A stretch of DNA of 64,000 nt, from the NCBI GenBank assembly GCA_011620345.1, contig WOZJ01000015.1, positions 112 through 64,111 of the forward strand, in the 5' to 3' direction. Within the stretch, counting starts at the first letter, position 1. Each line of letters opens with the position of its first letter. The notes beneath the pieces were generated by a model. The model saw nothing but the letters and a program-made list of their open reading frames with translations, had not been told where the DNA came from and did no database searches. This document shows positions 43,518 through 52,033 of this stretch, in pieces. The translations under genes and the position numbers were made by a program. This DNA is from Nitrospirota bacterium. GTDB lineage: Bacteria; UBA2233.

Positions 43518-44394
43518 GGTTGGAGTTTGAATAGAACAGCCACTTCAAGAAGGCCCGTGCCTGCTTAAGCGTTACAGGAACCTCTGGCCATGAAAGGCCC
43601 TTTTGCCGCTTGAGGCTTGAAAACGGCTTGCCCACATAAGGAAGCCTGAGGTTGGCCTTCTTTAGCAGGCCTTCATCCCGAAGCAGGCTATCCGACGGGC
43701 CCTCTGCCAGCACTTGTCCCTTGTCCAAAAGATAAACCCTATCGAGGAAGGACGCGGCAAGGTCCAAGTTGTGGGTCGTAACGACTACGGCAATATTGGA
43801 GCTCTTGGCAAGCTTTTTCAAAATTCTCATGACAGCTACTTCGCCCGCCGGGTCGAGCCCCTGGGTCGGCTCGTCTAGGATCAGCACGCTCGGGTCCATG
43901 ACAAGGAGTCCCGCGATGGAGAGCCGCTTCATCTCTCCAAAGCTTAGCGTGCGAACAAGCCTTTCTTCGAAACCTTCGAGCCCTACACGCTTGAGCGCGT
44001 TGAGCGCGCGCCCTTTGGCTTTTAGGGGGTCTACCCCAAGGTTTTTGGGGCCAAACAGTACGTCCTCTAGCACGCGGAACTCGACGACCTGATCGTTGGG
44101 GTTCTGGAAAACGAGACCCAACGTCCTGTAGAGCTCGCTATTTTTGTAGTTTTGGAGCGGCCTATCTTTGAGCCAAACCTCCCCTTGGTTTGGAGTCAAA
44201 AGACCCGAAAGGGCCCGAATGAGCGTCGTCTTTCCAGCGCCGTTCTTTCCGAGAATGCCTACGGCCTCCCCCGCACGAACGAAAAAATTGACTCCGCGAA
44301 GGGCGAAGCCCTTGGAAGTGTAGGCGTAGCCTAGATTGATGGCCGACAGCACGGGGCCTGGCGTTTCCTCTACAAGAGCCACGAAAGCGTCCAC
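43459..44394 (-). CDS. ECF transporter ATPase (CbiO/EcfA)
   Basis: GKNGAGKT, VFQNPNDQV, LSFGEMKR, ILDEPT and LRLP tail; GTG start at 44394 or 44382. Confidence 0.9.
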   Translation of the reverse strand: MDAFVALVEETPGPVLSAINLGYAYTSKGFALRGVNFFVRAGEAVGILGKNGAGKTTLIRALSGLLTPNQGEVWLKDRPLQNYKNSELYRTLGLVFQNPNDQVVEFRVLEDVLFGPKNLGVDPLKAKGRALNALKRVGLEGFEERLVRTLSFGEMKRLSIAGLLVMDPSVLILDEPTQGLDPAGEVAVMRILKKLAKSSNIAVVVTTHNLDLAASFLDRVYLLDKGQVLAEGPSDSLLRDEGLLKKANLRLPYVGKPFSSLKRQKGLSWPEVPVTLKQARAFLKWLFYSNSNPSGASRSTAGEKGSAQSQA

Positions 44395-45053
44395 ATTCCG
44401 AAGAACATGAAAAAAGCTACGGCCGCTGCGCCTATTGAAGGTGCGGGCGGCTCTTGGGGGTACAATTTGCCGCCTACGCAACGGACCTTCATGGTATCCT
44501 CGAGGGCGAGTGCTCTGTCGAACGCGTAGGATAAAACCTGCCCTCCAAGCGCCCCCAAGGAATGAGCCCATCCTGAAAGCCCCCGGTAGCCGAGCCGGAC
44601 ACGTTGCGCTTGTCCAACTTCATGGCCCTTGGTTCTCAAATCGTGAGCAAAGCGTGAGGCAAGCAGTAGCGTATCGAGCAAAAAAACGGGCAACCGAAAG
44701 GGGGCGAGCGCCTGCAAAGTCTCTTGAAGCTGGCCATTAGCCATAAGGGGCATTGCCCAAGTGCAGATCGCAAGCACACGGCCTGCAAGGACGGTCCCAT
44801 CGGCGATGCCGCCGTTTCCAGGAGAAAGCCAAACCCGGACCGCGACAAGGCCGAGGGCAACGAATGCAGGGCCGGCAAGCCTTATGCCGATATGTCGAAC
44901 GTTCATGCCAGAAACCAAACAAAGCCCTAGCCCTATCACGAAGGCGACCCCCAAAAACGCGGGATTCGAGCTCAAAAGGAACAGGCATGCGAGCGCAAAG
45001 AACAACAGCACCCGAAACCTCCCCCCTTTGTCAAGGAAGAAAAAGGGCATCAT
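44370..45053 (-). CDS. ECF transporter transmembrane T component (CbiQ/EcfT)
   Basis: Hydrophobic; ALAPFRLP, AQRVRLG and AFDRA..L..TMKVR. Confidence 0.85.
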   Translation of the reverse strand: MMPFFFLDKGGRFRVLLFFALACLFLLSSNPAFLGVAFVIGLGLCLVSGMNVRHIGIRLAGPAFVALGLVAVRVWLSPGNGGIADGTVLAGRVLAICTWAMPLMANGQLQETLQALAPFRLPVFLLDTLLLASRFAHDLRTKGHEVGQAQRVRLGYRGLSGWAHSLGALGGQVLSYAFDRALALEDTMKVRCVGGKLYPQEPPAPSIGAAAVAFFMFFGMWTLSWLL

Positions 45054-45153
45054 TAAGGCGGGTTCCATCCTTTCCGTATCGCTTTTATAATGTGTCCATA
45101 TTTTGGGGGGAAGCATAGCGTTGGCCCGGGATCGAATCGTTCTAGAGCGGAGA

Positions 45154-46308
45154 TCAAAGGGATCCTTCCCCTTTGGGAAAAGAGCGGTCAAGGCCTATTG
45201 AGCTCCGAAGCCTGGCAAGTCTGTCCGCCGCTTCGCCGAACGTTGGGTCGAGCATGACAACCTTCTCTAGCTCGGCGATGGCTTGGTCTGTTTCAGAGAG
45301 CGCCTCATGAGCGAGGGCAAGCTCGTAGTGAGTGCCTATGAATTGACTTATCGTCAAGCTGGAAAGCGCGGCAAGCGCAGAAAGAACCCCTTTCGACTTG
45401 TCGTAGTCTTCCTTAGCCTTGTATACCATGGCCTTCAGATAAAGCATCTCGAAGCGGTTTTGGGCGTTGTCTTCGCAGCGCTCGAGCGTTGCGAGCGCTG
45501 CATCAAAAAGTCCCATGTCATGGTAGGCCGTAGCGAGCGCGTAGGCGGCGCTTTGGTCTTGGGCGATTCGTGGTGAGGTATATTGTTTGAATTGCTCGAA
45601 AATCTGCTCAAAGCTGACCGGCTGACCGCACGCTAAGCCCTCAAAACCCGGCTTTCCTTGAAGGGCTTGGATGAAAGATTGGCAATCCGGATGGTCGGAG
45701 GACGCAATCGCCTCAAAAGCCCTGCCCTTTAGCGTTTCGTCCAGCGAGAAATCCGTTCCGAGCCCTCTGAGTAAATGAGCGATCCAGTCCGGTTTGTTCT
45801 TGAGCAGCGCCTGAGCAATGAATAGGCCTGCGTAGTGCTCCGCCTTTCCATGATCTCCAAGCTCAAGGCACAGGCGAACGAGCTGAAAGGCCGCCTGTCC
45901 TGGCTTGTCTGCCAAGAAGGTCATTTTCCAGAGGACTTCGGGCATATGCCTTCGTTCCGAGGCCGCATCTAAAAGCTCCAACGCTCGGCGGAAGTAGGGC
46001 TGGGCTTCGAAGCCAAACCCTTTCTCTTGAAGGTAGGTTCCGGCCATCGAAAGATAACGCCATTCGTTAGGGGCAAGCCTTGCCGCCTTCTTGATGTAGG
46101 CGATGGCCTCGGAAAGGAACCCCCTGCCGTGGTGAATGTCCGCGATCTGAGCGAATAGGCTGGCGGCCGAGTTGAACTTTTTCCGCTCTTCGTAAAGCTC
46201 GGCCAATTCTTTGAGCACGGCTATGTTCTTGGGGTCTTCATGAAGACGCCTGTTGAGCGTCTTTTCTTTGGAGCCCGAGCCAGCGTACCCTATCAGCCTA
46301 AAAATCAT
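45154..46308 (-). CDS. Tetratricopeptide-repeat protein
   Basis: TPR patterns at both termini (ELAELY...AA..F; YALATAYHDMGLFDAA; HYELALAHE..ETDQAI). Confidence 0.8.
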   Translation of the reverse strand: MIFRLIGYAGSGSKEKTLNRRLHEDPKNIAVLKELAELYEERKKFNSAASLFAQIADIHHGRGFLSEAIAYIKKAARLAPNEWRYLSMAGTYLQEKGFGFEAQPYFRRALELLDAASERRHMPEVLWKMTFLADKPGQAAFQLVRLCLELGDHGKAEHYAGLFIAQALLKNKPDWIAHLLRGLGTDFSLDETLKGRAFEAIASSDHPDCQSFIQALQGKPGFEGLACGQPVSFEQIFEQFKQYTSPRIAQDQSAAYALATAYHDMGLFDAALATLERCEDNAQNRFEMLYLKAMVYKAKEDYDKSKGVLSALAALSSLTISQFIGTHYELALAHEALSETDQAIAELEKVVMLDPTFGEAADRLARLRSSIGLDRSFPKGEGSL

Positions 46309-47663
46309 CGCTCAATCGCACTCCAGAGACGGTGGAATTCTTTGAAGAAGCCTGTATGATAAGAGCCTTCGGCAAAAGCTTCCCCATTGAGGATCGCCTG
46401 GCATAGCTCTTTGTTAGTGCAAATGCCCTGGATATCGAGCTCTTCGAGCGCCACAAGGAGTTTGATGCGTGCATCCTCACGGGTGGGTCCGTGCACGATC
46501 AGCTTGCCGATCATGCTGTCGTAATAGGATGGCACATCTAGCCCGGCCCGAAGGTAGGTATCGAAACGAACGCCGATCCCTCCCGGTACGAAGAGCCCCG
46601 CAATCTTACCCGGCGAAGGGGTTAGCTTTTTAGGGTCGACGGCGTTGATGCGCGCCTCGATGGCATGGCCGCTTAGGGATACGGAATGCTGGTTGATGGA
46701 AAGGGGCATGCCCATCGCCACGCGGACCTGCTCCTTGACCAAGTCGAGACCCGTGACCATTTCGGTCACTGGGTGCTCCACCTGGATGCGCGTGTTCATC
46801 TCCATAAAATAAAAGCGGTCTTGCTTGTCTACAAGGAACTCGACCGTGCCGAGGCTTGCATACCGAAGCGCTTCCCCAGCCCGTATGGCCGTTTTGCACA
46901 GGGCTTTTCGCGTCTTGTCGGACAATCCGGGGGAGGGTGCCTCTTCGAGCAATTTCTGATAGTTGTTTTGAATAGAGCAGTTCCGCTCGAAGAGATGGAC
47001 GAGGTTCCCGAAATGATCTCCTACGATTTGAACCTCGACATGCCTTGCGTCCTCGATCAAACGCTCTACGTAAAGCTCGTTGTCGCCGAAGGCGGCCTTT
47101 ACCTCGGCCTGGGCGCTCAAGAAGGCGTTGGTGAACGCAAGCGGGTCCTCGACCCGCTTCATTCCTTTTCCCCCCCCGCCTAGCGCCGCCTTCAAGATGA
47201 CAGGAAACCCTATCCGGCTGGCCTCTTCGAAGGCTTGCCTTGGGTCCTTGATGCCCCTTTCGCTGCCTTCGACCACAGGGATGCCCCTTCGTTTCATGAT
47301 GGCCCGCGCGCGAATCTTGTTCCCCATCAATCGGATGGCCCTCAAGGAAGGCCCGATAAAATGGATTCCGGCGCTTTGGCAGATCTCTCGAAAATGCGCG
47401 TTTTCCGCGAAGAACCCGTAGCCAGGATGAATTGCGTCGGCATGCGTGATCTCTGCCGCCGCTATGATGGCCTTTTCGTTTAGGTAGCTGTCCTTGGCGG
47501 GCCCGGGGCCGATGCACACGGCCTCGTCGGCTAAGCGTACATGGGGGGCGTCCTTGTCGGGCTCGGAGAACACGGCCACGCTTTGGAGTCCCATCTCCTT
47601 GAGTGTACGGATGATTCTGAGCGCAATCTCGCCACGGTTTGCAACGAGGACTTTTTGGAACAC
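46305..47663 (-). CDS. accC: Acetyl-CoA carboxylase biotin carboxylase
   Basis: KVLVANRGEIA, HPGYGF, GGGGKGM, EMNTRIQVEHPVTE and YYDSMIGKL; follows accB. Confidence 0.96.
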   Translation of the reverse strand: MFQKVLVANRGEIALRIIRTLKEMGLQSVAVFSEPDKDAPHVRLADEAVCIGPGPAKDSYLNEKAIIAAAEITHADAIHPGYGFFAENAHFREICQSAGIHFIGPSLRAIRLMGNKIRARAIMKRRGIPVVEGSERGIKDPRQAFEEASRIGFPVILKAALGGGGKGMKRVEDPLAFTNAFLSAQAEVKAAFGDNELYVERLIEDARHVEVQIVGDHFGNLVHLFERNCSIQNNYQKLLEEAPSPGLSDKTRKALCKTAIRAGEALRYASLGTVEFLVDKQDRFYFMEMNTRIQVEHPVTEMVTGLDLVKEQVRVAMGMPLSINQHSVSLSGHAIEARINAVDPKKLTPSPGKIAGLFVPGGIGVRFDTYLRAGLDVPSYYDSMIGKLIVHGPTREDARIKLLVALEELDIQGICTNKELCQAILNGEAFAEGSYHTGFFKEFHRLWSAIER

Positions 47664-47681
47664 GCCTTTCTTCCCGGGTTT

Positions 47682-48167
47682 TTATGCTGGGATCGGCTCT
47701 AGCTCGAACAACGGCGTACCAAAACCCACGGGCTTTCTGTCATCTACGAGCACCTTGAATACCCTTCCTGTCACGTCCGATTCGATCTCGTTCATGATTT
47801 TCATCGCCTCGATAATGCACACAACCTGCCCTTTATGGATGATCTCGCCTACTTCTACGTAAGGCTTTGCCTCCGGGGCGGGAGAGCGGTAAAACGTCCC
47901 TACCATCGGCGAGGTGATCGTAAGCGCCTTAGGTTTTTCCTGGGCGGGAAGTTGCCCGGCTTGCGCCTCGGACGAGGGCGTTTCCGGCCGGATTCGCTCG
48001 ATTCGTCTTTCCGGATGGGGCAATGCCTCAAAACCGGATCGCTTCAAGGATACCTTTTCCCCTTCCCGTTCGAGCGAAAACTCGACGATGTCCGTAGACA
48101 GAACCCATTCTAGAAGCTCCCGGAGGCGATCAAAGGGGCAGGGTGTCGTCGGCGTCGGCGTATCCAT
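47682..48167 (-). CDS. accB: Acetyl-CoA carboxylase BCCP
   Basis: SPMVGTFYRSP and IIEAMKIMNEI. Confidence 0.96.
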   Translation of the reverse strand: MDTPTPTTPCPFDRLRELLEWVLSTDIVEFSLEREGEKVSLKRSGFEALPHPERRIERIRPETPSSEAQAGQLPAQEKPKALTITSPMVGTFYRSPAPEAKPYVEVGEIIHKGQVVCIIEAMKIMNEIESDVTGRVFKVLVDDRKPVGFGTPLFELEPIPA

Positions 48168-48175
48168 AGCGATCC

Positions 48176-48739
48176 CTACTTTGCCCGTTCGATGTACATG
48201 CCGGTTCTCGTGTCCACCCGAAGCACTTCGCCCTGCTCGATGAACAAAGGAACCTGGACGACGAGCCCCCCTTCGAGCGTTGCGGGCTTTGTGCCGCCCT
48301 GGGCCGTGTCTCCCCGAACGCCCGGCTCGGCCTCTACCACCTTAAGCTCGACGAAGGTGGGAATCTCGATCGTCAACGGGTCTGTCCCCAAGAATAACGC
48401 GCGGACTTCCATGCCTTCTTTCAGGTAGAAGCGCTTATTCCCCAGCACGGAAAAAGGGATACTGAACTGCTCGTAGGTCTCCATATCCATGAACATTGCG
48501 CTTTCGCCCTCTAAATACAAGCATTGTAGTGGCTTCTCGGAGAAATCCCCCCCCTCGAAACGCTCACCAGAACGGAATGTTTTGTCCAGAACATTATCGC
48601 TTTTTAAGCCTCTTAATTTTGTTCGGACGAACGCGCCTCCCTTGCCGGGTTTGACGTGCTGGAAGTCGATTATTTCGAAGGGCTGCCCCTCGATCAGGAG
48701 CTTCAGCCCCTTCCGGAAGTCGCTGGTCGCTAGGCTCAT
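48176..48739 (-). CDS. efp: Translation elongation factor P
   Basis: HVKPGKGGAF.R, PGVRGDT...KPA.LE.G and VPLFI; ATG 48739. Confidence 0.97.
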   Translation of the reverse strand: MSLATSDFRKGLKLLIEGQPFEIIDFQHVKPGKGGAFVRTKLRGLKSDNVLDKTFRSGERFEGGDFSEKPLQCLYLEGESAMFMDMETYEQFSIPFSVLGNKRFYLKEGMEVRALFLGTDPLTIEIPTFVELKVVEAEPGVRGDTAQGGTKPATLEGGLVVQVPLFIEQGEVLRVDTRTGMYIERAK

Positions 48740-49215
48740 GACATGTCCTCTTTCTTTTTCTTGTTTTGAATCTTGCACGCTATGTACTCGAGCGCAAGGA
48801 TGTATCCCCAAACGCCAAGTCCCATGATCCGTCCCTTGACGACATCGGAGATCGTAGAGACATGCCGGAAAGACTCCCTGGCGTAGGGGTTGCTTAAATG
48901 GACCTCGATAGCTGGGGTTTGGGCGGCCAACAGGGCATCCCGGATCGCGATGGAGGTATGCGTGTAGGCGCCGGGGTTAATGACCAACCATGCCACCCCT
49001 TCCGCGGGAAGGGCTTGGATACGCGCTATGATCTCTCCTTCATGGTTGGACTGAGCGTGCGAAAGCTCCAGTCCCAAGCTTTTGGCCCTTTCTTGCAGCT
49101 CGGCCTTCATTTGTGCGTAAGTTTGGGTGCCATACACCCGAACCTCCCGGTTGCCGAGGAGGTTCAAGTTCGGGCCGTCGATTACGGCAATCCTTCGGTC
49201 CGCAGCGTTTTCCAT
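48736..49215 (-). CDS. aroQ: Type II 3-dehydroquinate dehydratase
   Basis: GPNLNLLG.RE...YG, QSNHEGE, INPGAYTHTS and EVHLSN. Confidence 0.97.
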   Translation of the reverse strand: MENAADRRIAVIDGPNLNLLGNREVRVYGTQTYAQMKAELQERAKSLGLELSHAQSNHEGEIIARIQALPAEGVAWLVINPGAYTHTSIAIRDALLAAQTPAIEVHLSNPYARESFRHVSTISDVVKGRIMGLGVWGYILALEYIACKIQNKKKKEDMS

Positions 49216-50285
49216 AGGTCAACAAGCTCCTCGATGGCGATAGGTTCAATCCGGACGGACCCGATACGGTCGAGCAGGACGAACCGGACCTTCGCGCCTT
49301 GCTTTTTCTTGTCGAGCGAAAGCAGCCTTTTCATCCGGTCGGGGTGAATGCTTGGCGGTTTCGTAGGCAAGCCAAGCGCCTTGAGCGATTCTTTGACCCT
49401 AGCGTACGCATCTTTCGTTGTACTGCCTATCCGGTAGGCCACCGCGGCTTCTACGAGCATTCCAAGACCAACGGCCTCCCCATGCAGAAAGGTCTTGTAG
49501 TGCGCATGTGCCTCGAAGGCATGGCCGAAGGTGTGGCCGAAGTTTAGTACGGCACGCAGGTTCGCCTCTCTTTCGTCTTGCTCCACGATGGCCTTTTTAT
49601 GCAGGATGCTGGCCTGGATTACCTTTGCCATCGCATCAGGGTCCATCCTGAGCAAGGCTTGTGCGTTCGAGACGATGAACTCAAAGAACGGCTCGTCTTG
49701 AATCATACCGTATTTTAGGACCTCTGCAAGCCCTGCGATGTACTCTCTTTTAGGGAGAGTGGAAAGATACTCCGTATCGATCAGTACGCCGCTCGGCTGC
49801 CAGAAGGCCCCTAGGGCGTTTTTCGCCTGCTTGAGGTCTATCGCCACCTTTCCCCCGATGCTTGCATCTACCCCGGCCAAGAGGGTCGTAGGAATCATGA
49901 CAAACGGAACCCCCCTTTGGTAGGTGGCCGCGACGAACCCGGCCAAGTCTCCCACAACTCCGCCCCCGAACGCGACGAGCGCCCAGCCGCGGTCTGCACC
50001 GAAATAGAGCAGCTTTTGGGCCACGCTTGCGTACACATCGAGCGTCTTGGCCCTTTCTCCTGCGGGGACGACGATGAGCTTTGGTTTCTTGGATAAATCT
50101 TTGATTAATTGGGCGTATAAGGGCTCTAACCATAGCTTGGCCAGGTGGCGGTCGGTCACGATGGCCAAGGGCCTTTGCTCGAGGCATTCCTCGAGGAACG
50201 CGGCAATTTTGTCCCTCACCCCTTGCCCTAAGACAATAGGATAGGTGCCGCCCTTTGTGGTTACGTCAATGCGCGTGATTTCCAT
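49182..50285 (-). CDS. aroB: 3-dehydroquinate synthase
   Basis: GGGVVGDLAGF, PTTLLA.VDASIGGK and LNFGHTFGHA.E. Confidence 0.97.
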   Translation of the reverse strand: MEITRIDVTTKGGTYPIVLGQGVRDKIAAFLEECLEQRPLAIVTDRHLAKLWLEPLYAQLIKDLSKKPKLIVVPAGERAKTLDVYASVAQKLLYFGADRGWALVAFGGGVVGDLAGFVAATYQRGVPFVMIPTTLLAGVDASIGGKVAIDLKQAKNALGAFWQPSGVLIDTEYLSTLPKREYIAGLAEVLKYGMIQDEPFFEFIVSNAQALLRMDPDAMAKVIQASILHKKAIVEQDEREANLRAVLNFGHTFGHAFEAHAHYKTFLHGEAVGLGMLVEAAVAYRIGSTTKDAYARVKESLKALGLPTKPPSIHPDRMKRLLSLDKKKQGAKVRFVLLDRIGSVRIEPIAIEELVDLWKTLRTEGLP

Positions 50286-50787
50286 TTTTTCTCGTCAGGC
50301 CGATGATGTTAAGGATTTCCAAGGCCACCTCACGGGGAACTCGCCCGTCCGTGGTTACCCGGTACTTCGCGAGTGCTTCGTAAAGGGGCGTTCTTTGTAG
50401 GTACAGCTCGTTTGCACGCGCATGGCTTCTCCAAAGTGGACGTTTCGTGTCGTTTAAGAGCCGAGCCTTGATCGTGTCGAACGAAGCCTCCAGGTATACG
50501 GTGTAGGGCAAGGGTTCGATCAGCGCGCGGGCTTCTTCGCTCGTAACCACCCCACCGCCGGAGGCGATCACAACGCCGTCTTCTTGAAGCGCGGCTTGAA
50601 GCGCCCTGACCTCTTTTTTCCGAAAGTAAGGCTCGCCGTGTTCTTGAAAGATCGCTTGGATATTAAGCCCCTCTTTGGCCTCGATTCGCGCATCCAGGTC
50701 GACAAACCTGAACCCCGACAGCCTGGCAAGGATTCGGCCGACGGAGCTCTTTCCGGCCCCCATGAACCCGAGGAGAAGGATGCGCAT
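50266..50787 (-). CDS. aroK: Shikimate kinase
   Basis: LLGFMGAGKS, DLD, GEPYFR and ASGGG; ATG 50787. Confidence 0.95.
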   Translation of the reverse strand: MRILLLGFMGAGKSSVGRILARLSGFRFVDLDARIEAKEGLNIQAIFQEHGEPYFRKKEVRALQAALQEDGVVIASGGGVVTSEEARALIEPLPYTVYLEASFDTIKARLLNDTKRPLWRSHARANELYLQRTPLYEALAKYRVTTDGRVPREVALEILNIIGLTRKNGNHAH

Positions 50788-51037
50788 ACCTTGCCCTGGT
50801 TTTTGACCTATCAGTTTACCATACACCGAAAGAAGAAACCGGCGCTATCCCTGAAGGGCAAGAACCTAGGCTTTCTTGGGTAGGCTTAAGGAAACAAAAA
50901 AAAGTGATTCTTTTGGCATGGCATGCCAAGACCTTAGTCAGTGCAGCTTCTTCGTCCCTGGCTTACTCTTTGGCGGGTGTATCGAAAAAACAGCAGGTTC
51001 TTCGTACCGAACTAAGGAAGGGGCTTGAGCGTCAGAA

Positions 51038-51063
51038 GGGGACGGCGGACCTGCGCCGTCCCC
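51038..51063 (-). terminator. GC-rich hairpin, probable terminator downstream of the micro-ORFs
   Basis: GGGGACGGCG-N6-CGCCGTCCCC, a perfect 10-bp stem 15 nt after the 40-aa ORF stop. The minus-strand tail is only TTCT, so the U-tract is weak. Confidence 0.6.
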
Positions 51064-51078
51064 TCGGATCGAAAAGGG

Positions 51079-51201
51079 CTAGAAAGGCTGAACCATAGGC
51101 TGCGACGGGCTCTTGCCGCCGGCCGGGCAAGCTTGGCCGGTACCCATGGTAGAAACAATCCCAAGGAAACCCAGGGCTAAGGCTACAAGCGTTTTCTTCA
51201 T
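51079..51201 (-). CDS. 40-aa secreted micro-protein (not in ORF track)
   Basis: MKKTLVALALGFLGIVSTMGTGQACPAGGKSPSQPMVQPF*; AAGGAGA SD; n/h/c signal-peptide layout. Confidence 0.7.
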   Translation of the reverse strand: MKKTLVALALGFLGIVSTMGTGQACPAGGKSPSQPMVQPF

Positions 51202-51301
51202 GGCTCTCTCCTTGAAGGGGGCGTTTAAGGACAATTTATACCTACTTAAGTTCTATCCCTCTACACCCCAACGTGTCAAGAGAGCCAGTATGCCGCTTTT
51301 T

Positions 51302-51445
51302 TTACAAGCCGAAAGGCCCCTGTGGCCCGCCCTTTTTTTGTCCTGGCGGGATACCTTGCCCCGGCGGAATGCCCTGTCCGGGCGGAATGCCTTGGCCTGG
51401 CGGGCCGAAAGCGACGCTAGGACCTTTCTTCGTAAGCTTAAGCAT
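51302..51445 (-). CDS. 47-aa PPGQGI-repeat micro-protein (not in ORF track)
   Basis: MLKLTKKGPSVAFGPPGQGIPPGQGIPPGQGIPPGQKKGGPQGPFGL*; AAGGAGG SD 7 nt before ATG; repeat units differ only at synonymous positions. Confidence 0.8.
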   Translation of the reverse strand: MLKLTKKGPSVAFGPPGQGIPPGQGIPPGQGIPPGQKKGGPQGPFGL

Positions 51446-51484
51446 GGCGTGCCTCCTTTTGTTTTTGGGTGAAACCCATTAAGG

Positions 51485-51919
51485 CTAACTTAACTTCTCA
51501 AGCGCCTTCAAAAAGGACCCATGGTGCTCTTTTTCGTCCGATAAGATGTCTTCAAAAATCTCCTGGATCTTGGAAAGCCCCTCTTTCCCGGCTGTCTCTG
51601 CGATCCGGGGGTAGAGCTCCAAGGCGCCTTCCTCGGCTTTGACATCCAGCTCGATCATTTCTTTGATTGTCTTGCCCACGATGACGGGCGGGTCCGGCTG
51701 TGTGGGTAACTCGCCTCCAAGCTTGCGGAACGCCTCGGCGATCTCCTCGGCATGCTCCATCTCTGCCATGGCAATCTTTCGGAACAGCTTGCGGGCCTCT
51801 GGCCCCTCTTCCTTTGGGGTGGCAATGTGGTGCCACATGTACTGGATAGAGCCCTGAAGCTCGCTTGCCAGGGCTTGATAAACCATGTCCATTAGTTCTT
51901 TCGAGGCTTGTTGCGTCAT
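51485..51919 (-). CDS. Ferritin-like (bacterioferritin/rubrerythrin fold) diiron protein
   Basis: ASEL..SIQY, AEMEHAE (ExxH), KAEEGA..LY and DEKEH (ExxH); ATG 51919 with AAGGGG SD. Confidence 0.88.
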   Translation of the reverse strand: MTQQASKELMDMVYQALASELQGSIQYMWHHIATPKEEGPEARKLFRKIAMAEMEHAEEIAEAFRKLGGELPTQPDPPVIVGKTIKEMIELDVKAEEGALELYPRIAETAGKEGLSKIQEIFEDILSDEKEHHGSFLKALEKLS

Positions 51920-52033
51920 GGCTTCCCCTTTTTGTTCAACGACCGGCACAATCTAAGTTTATCCCAAAAAAAGAGATGAAGTCCAAGCCGAACCCTCTTA
52001 GCCCCGGAGGGGCGGCGGCCTCGTTGGAATGCC

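Noticed and set aside
47170-47177. C8 homopolymer in accC (also A8 at 50896, G7 in surA)
   Set aside because: Encodes the conserved Gly-rich loop in frame or is intergenic; too short to imply phase variation.
46630-47517. 295-aa alternative-frame ORF within accC, and similar long shadows (e.g. 25593-26228, 31684-32421, 33464-34099, 14201-14869)
   Set aside because: Fully overlap well-supported genes, have no recognisable motifs, and are expected in GC-rich coding DNA.
51273-51482. Plus-strand ORF with CPGG(I/M)P repeats (and overlapping ORF 51113-51472)
   Set aside because: Antisense shadow: repeat residues vary on this strand but are invariant on the minus strand, which also has the SD.
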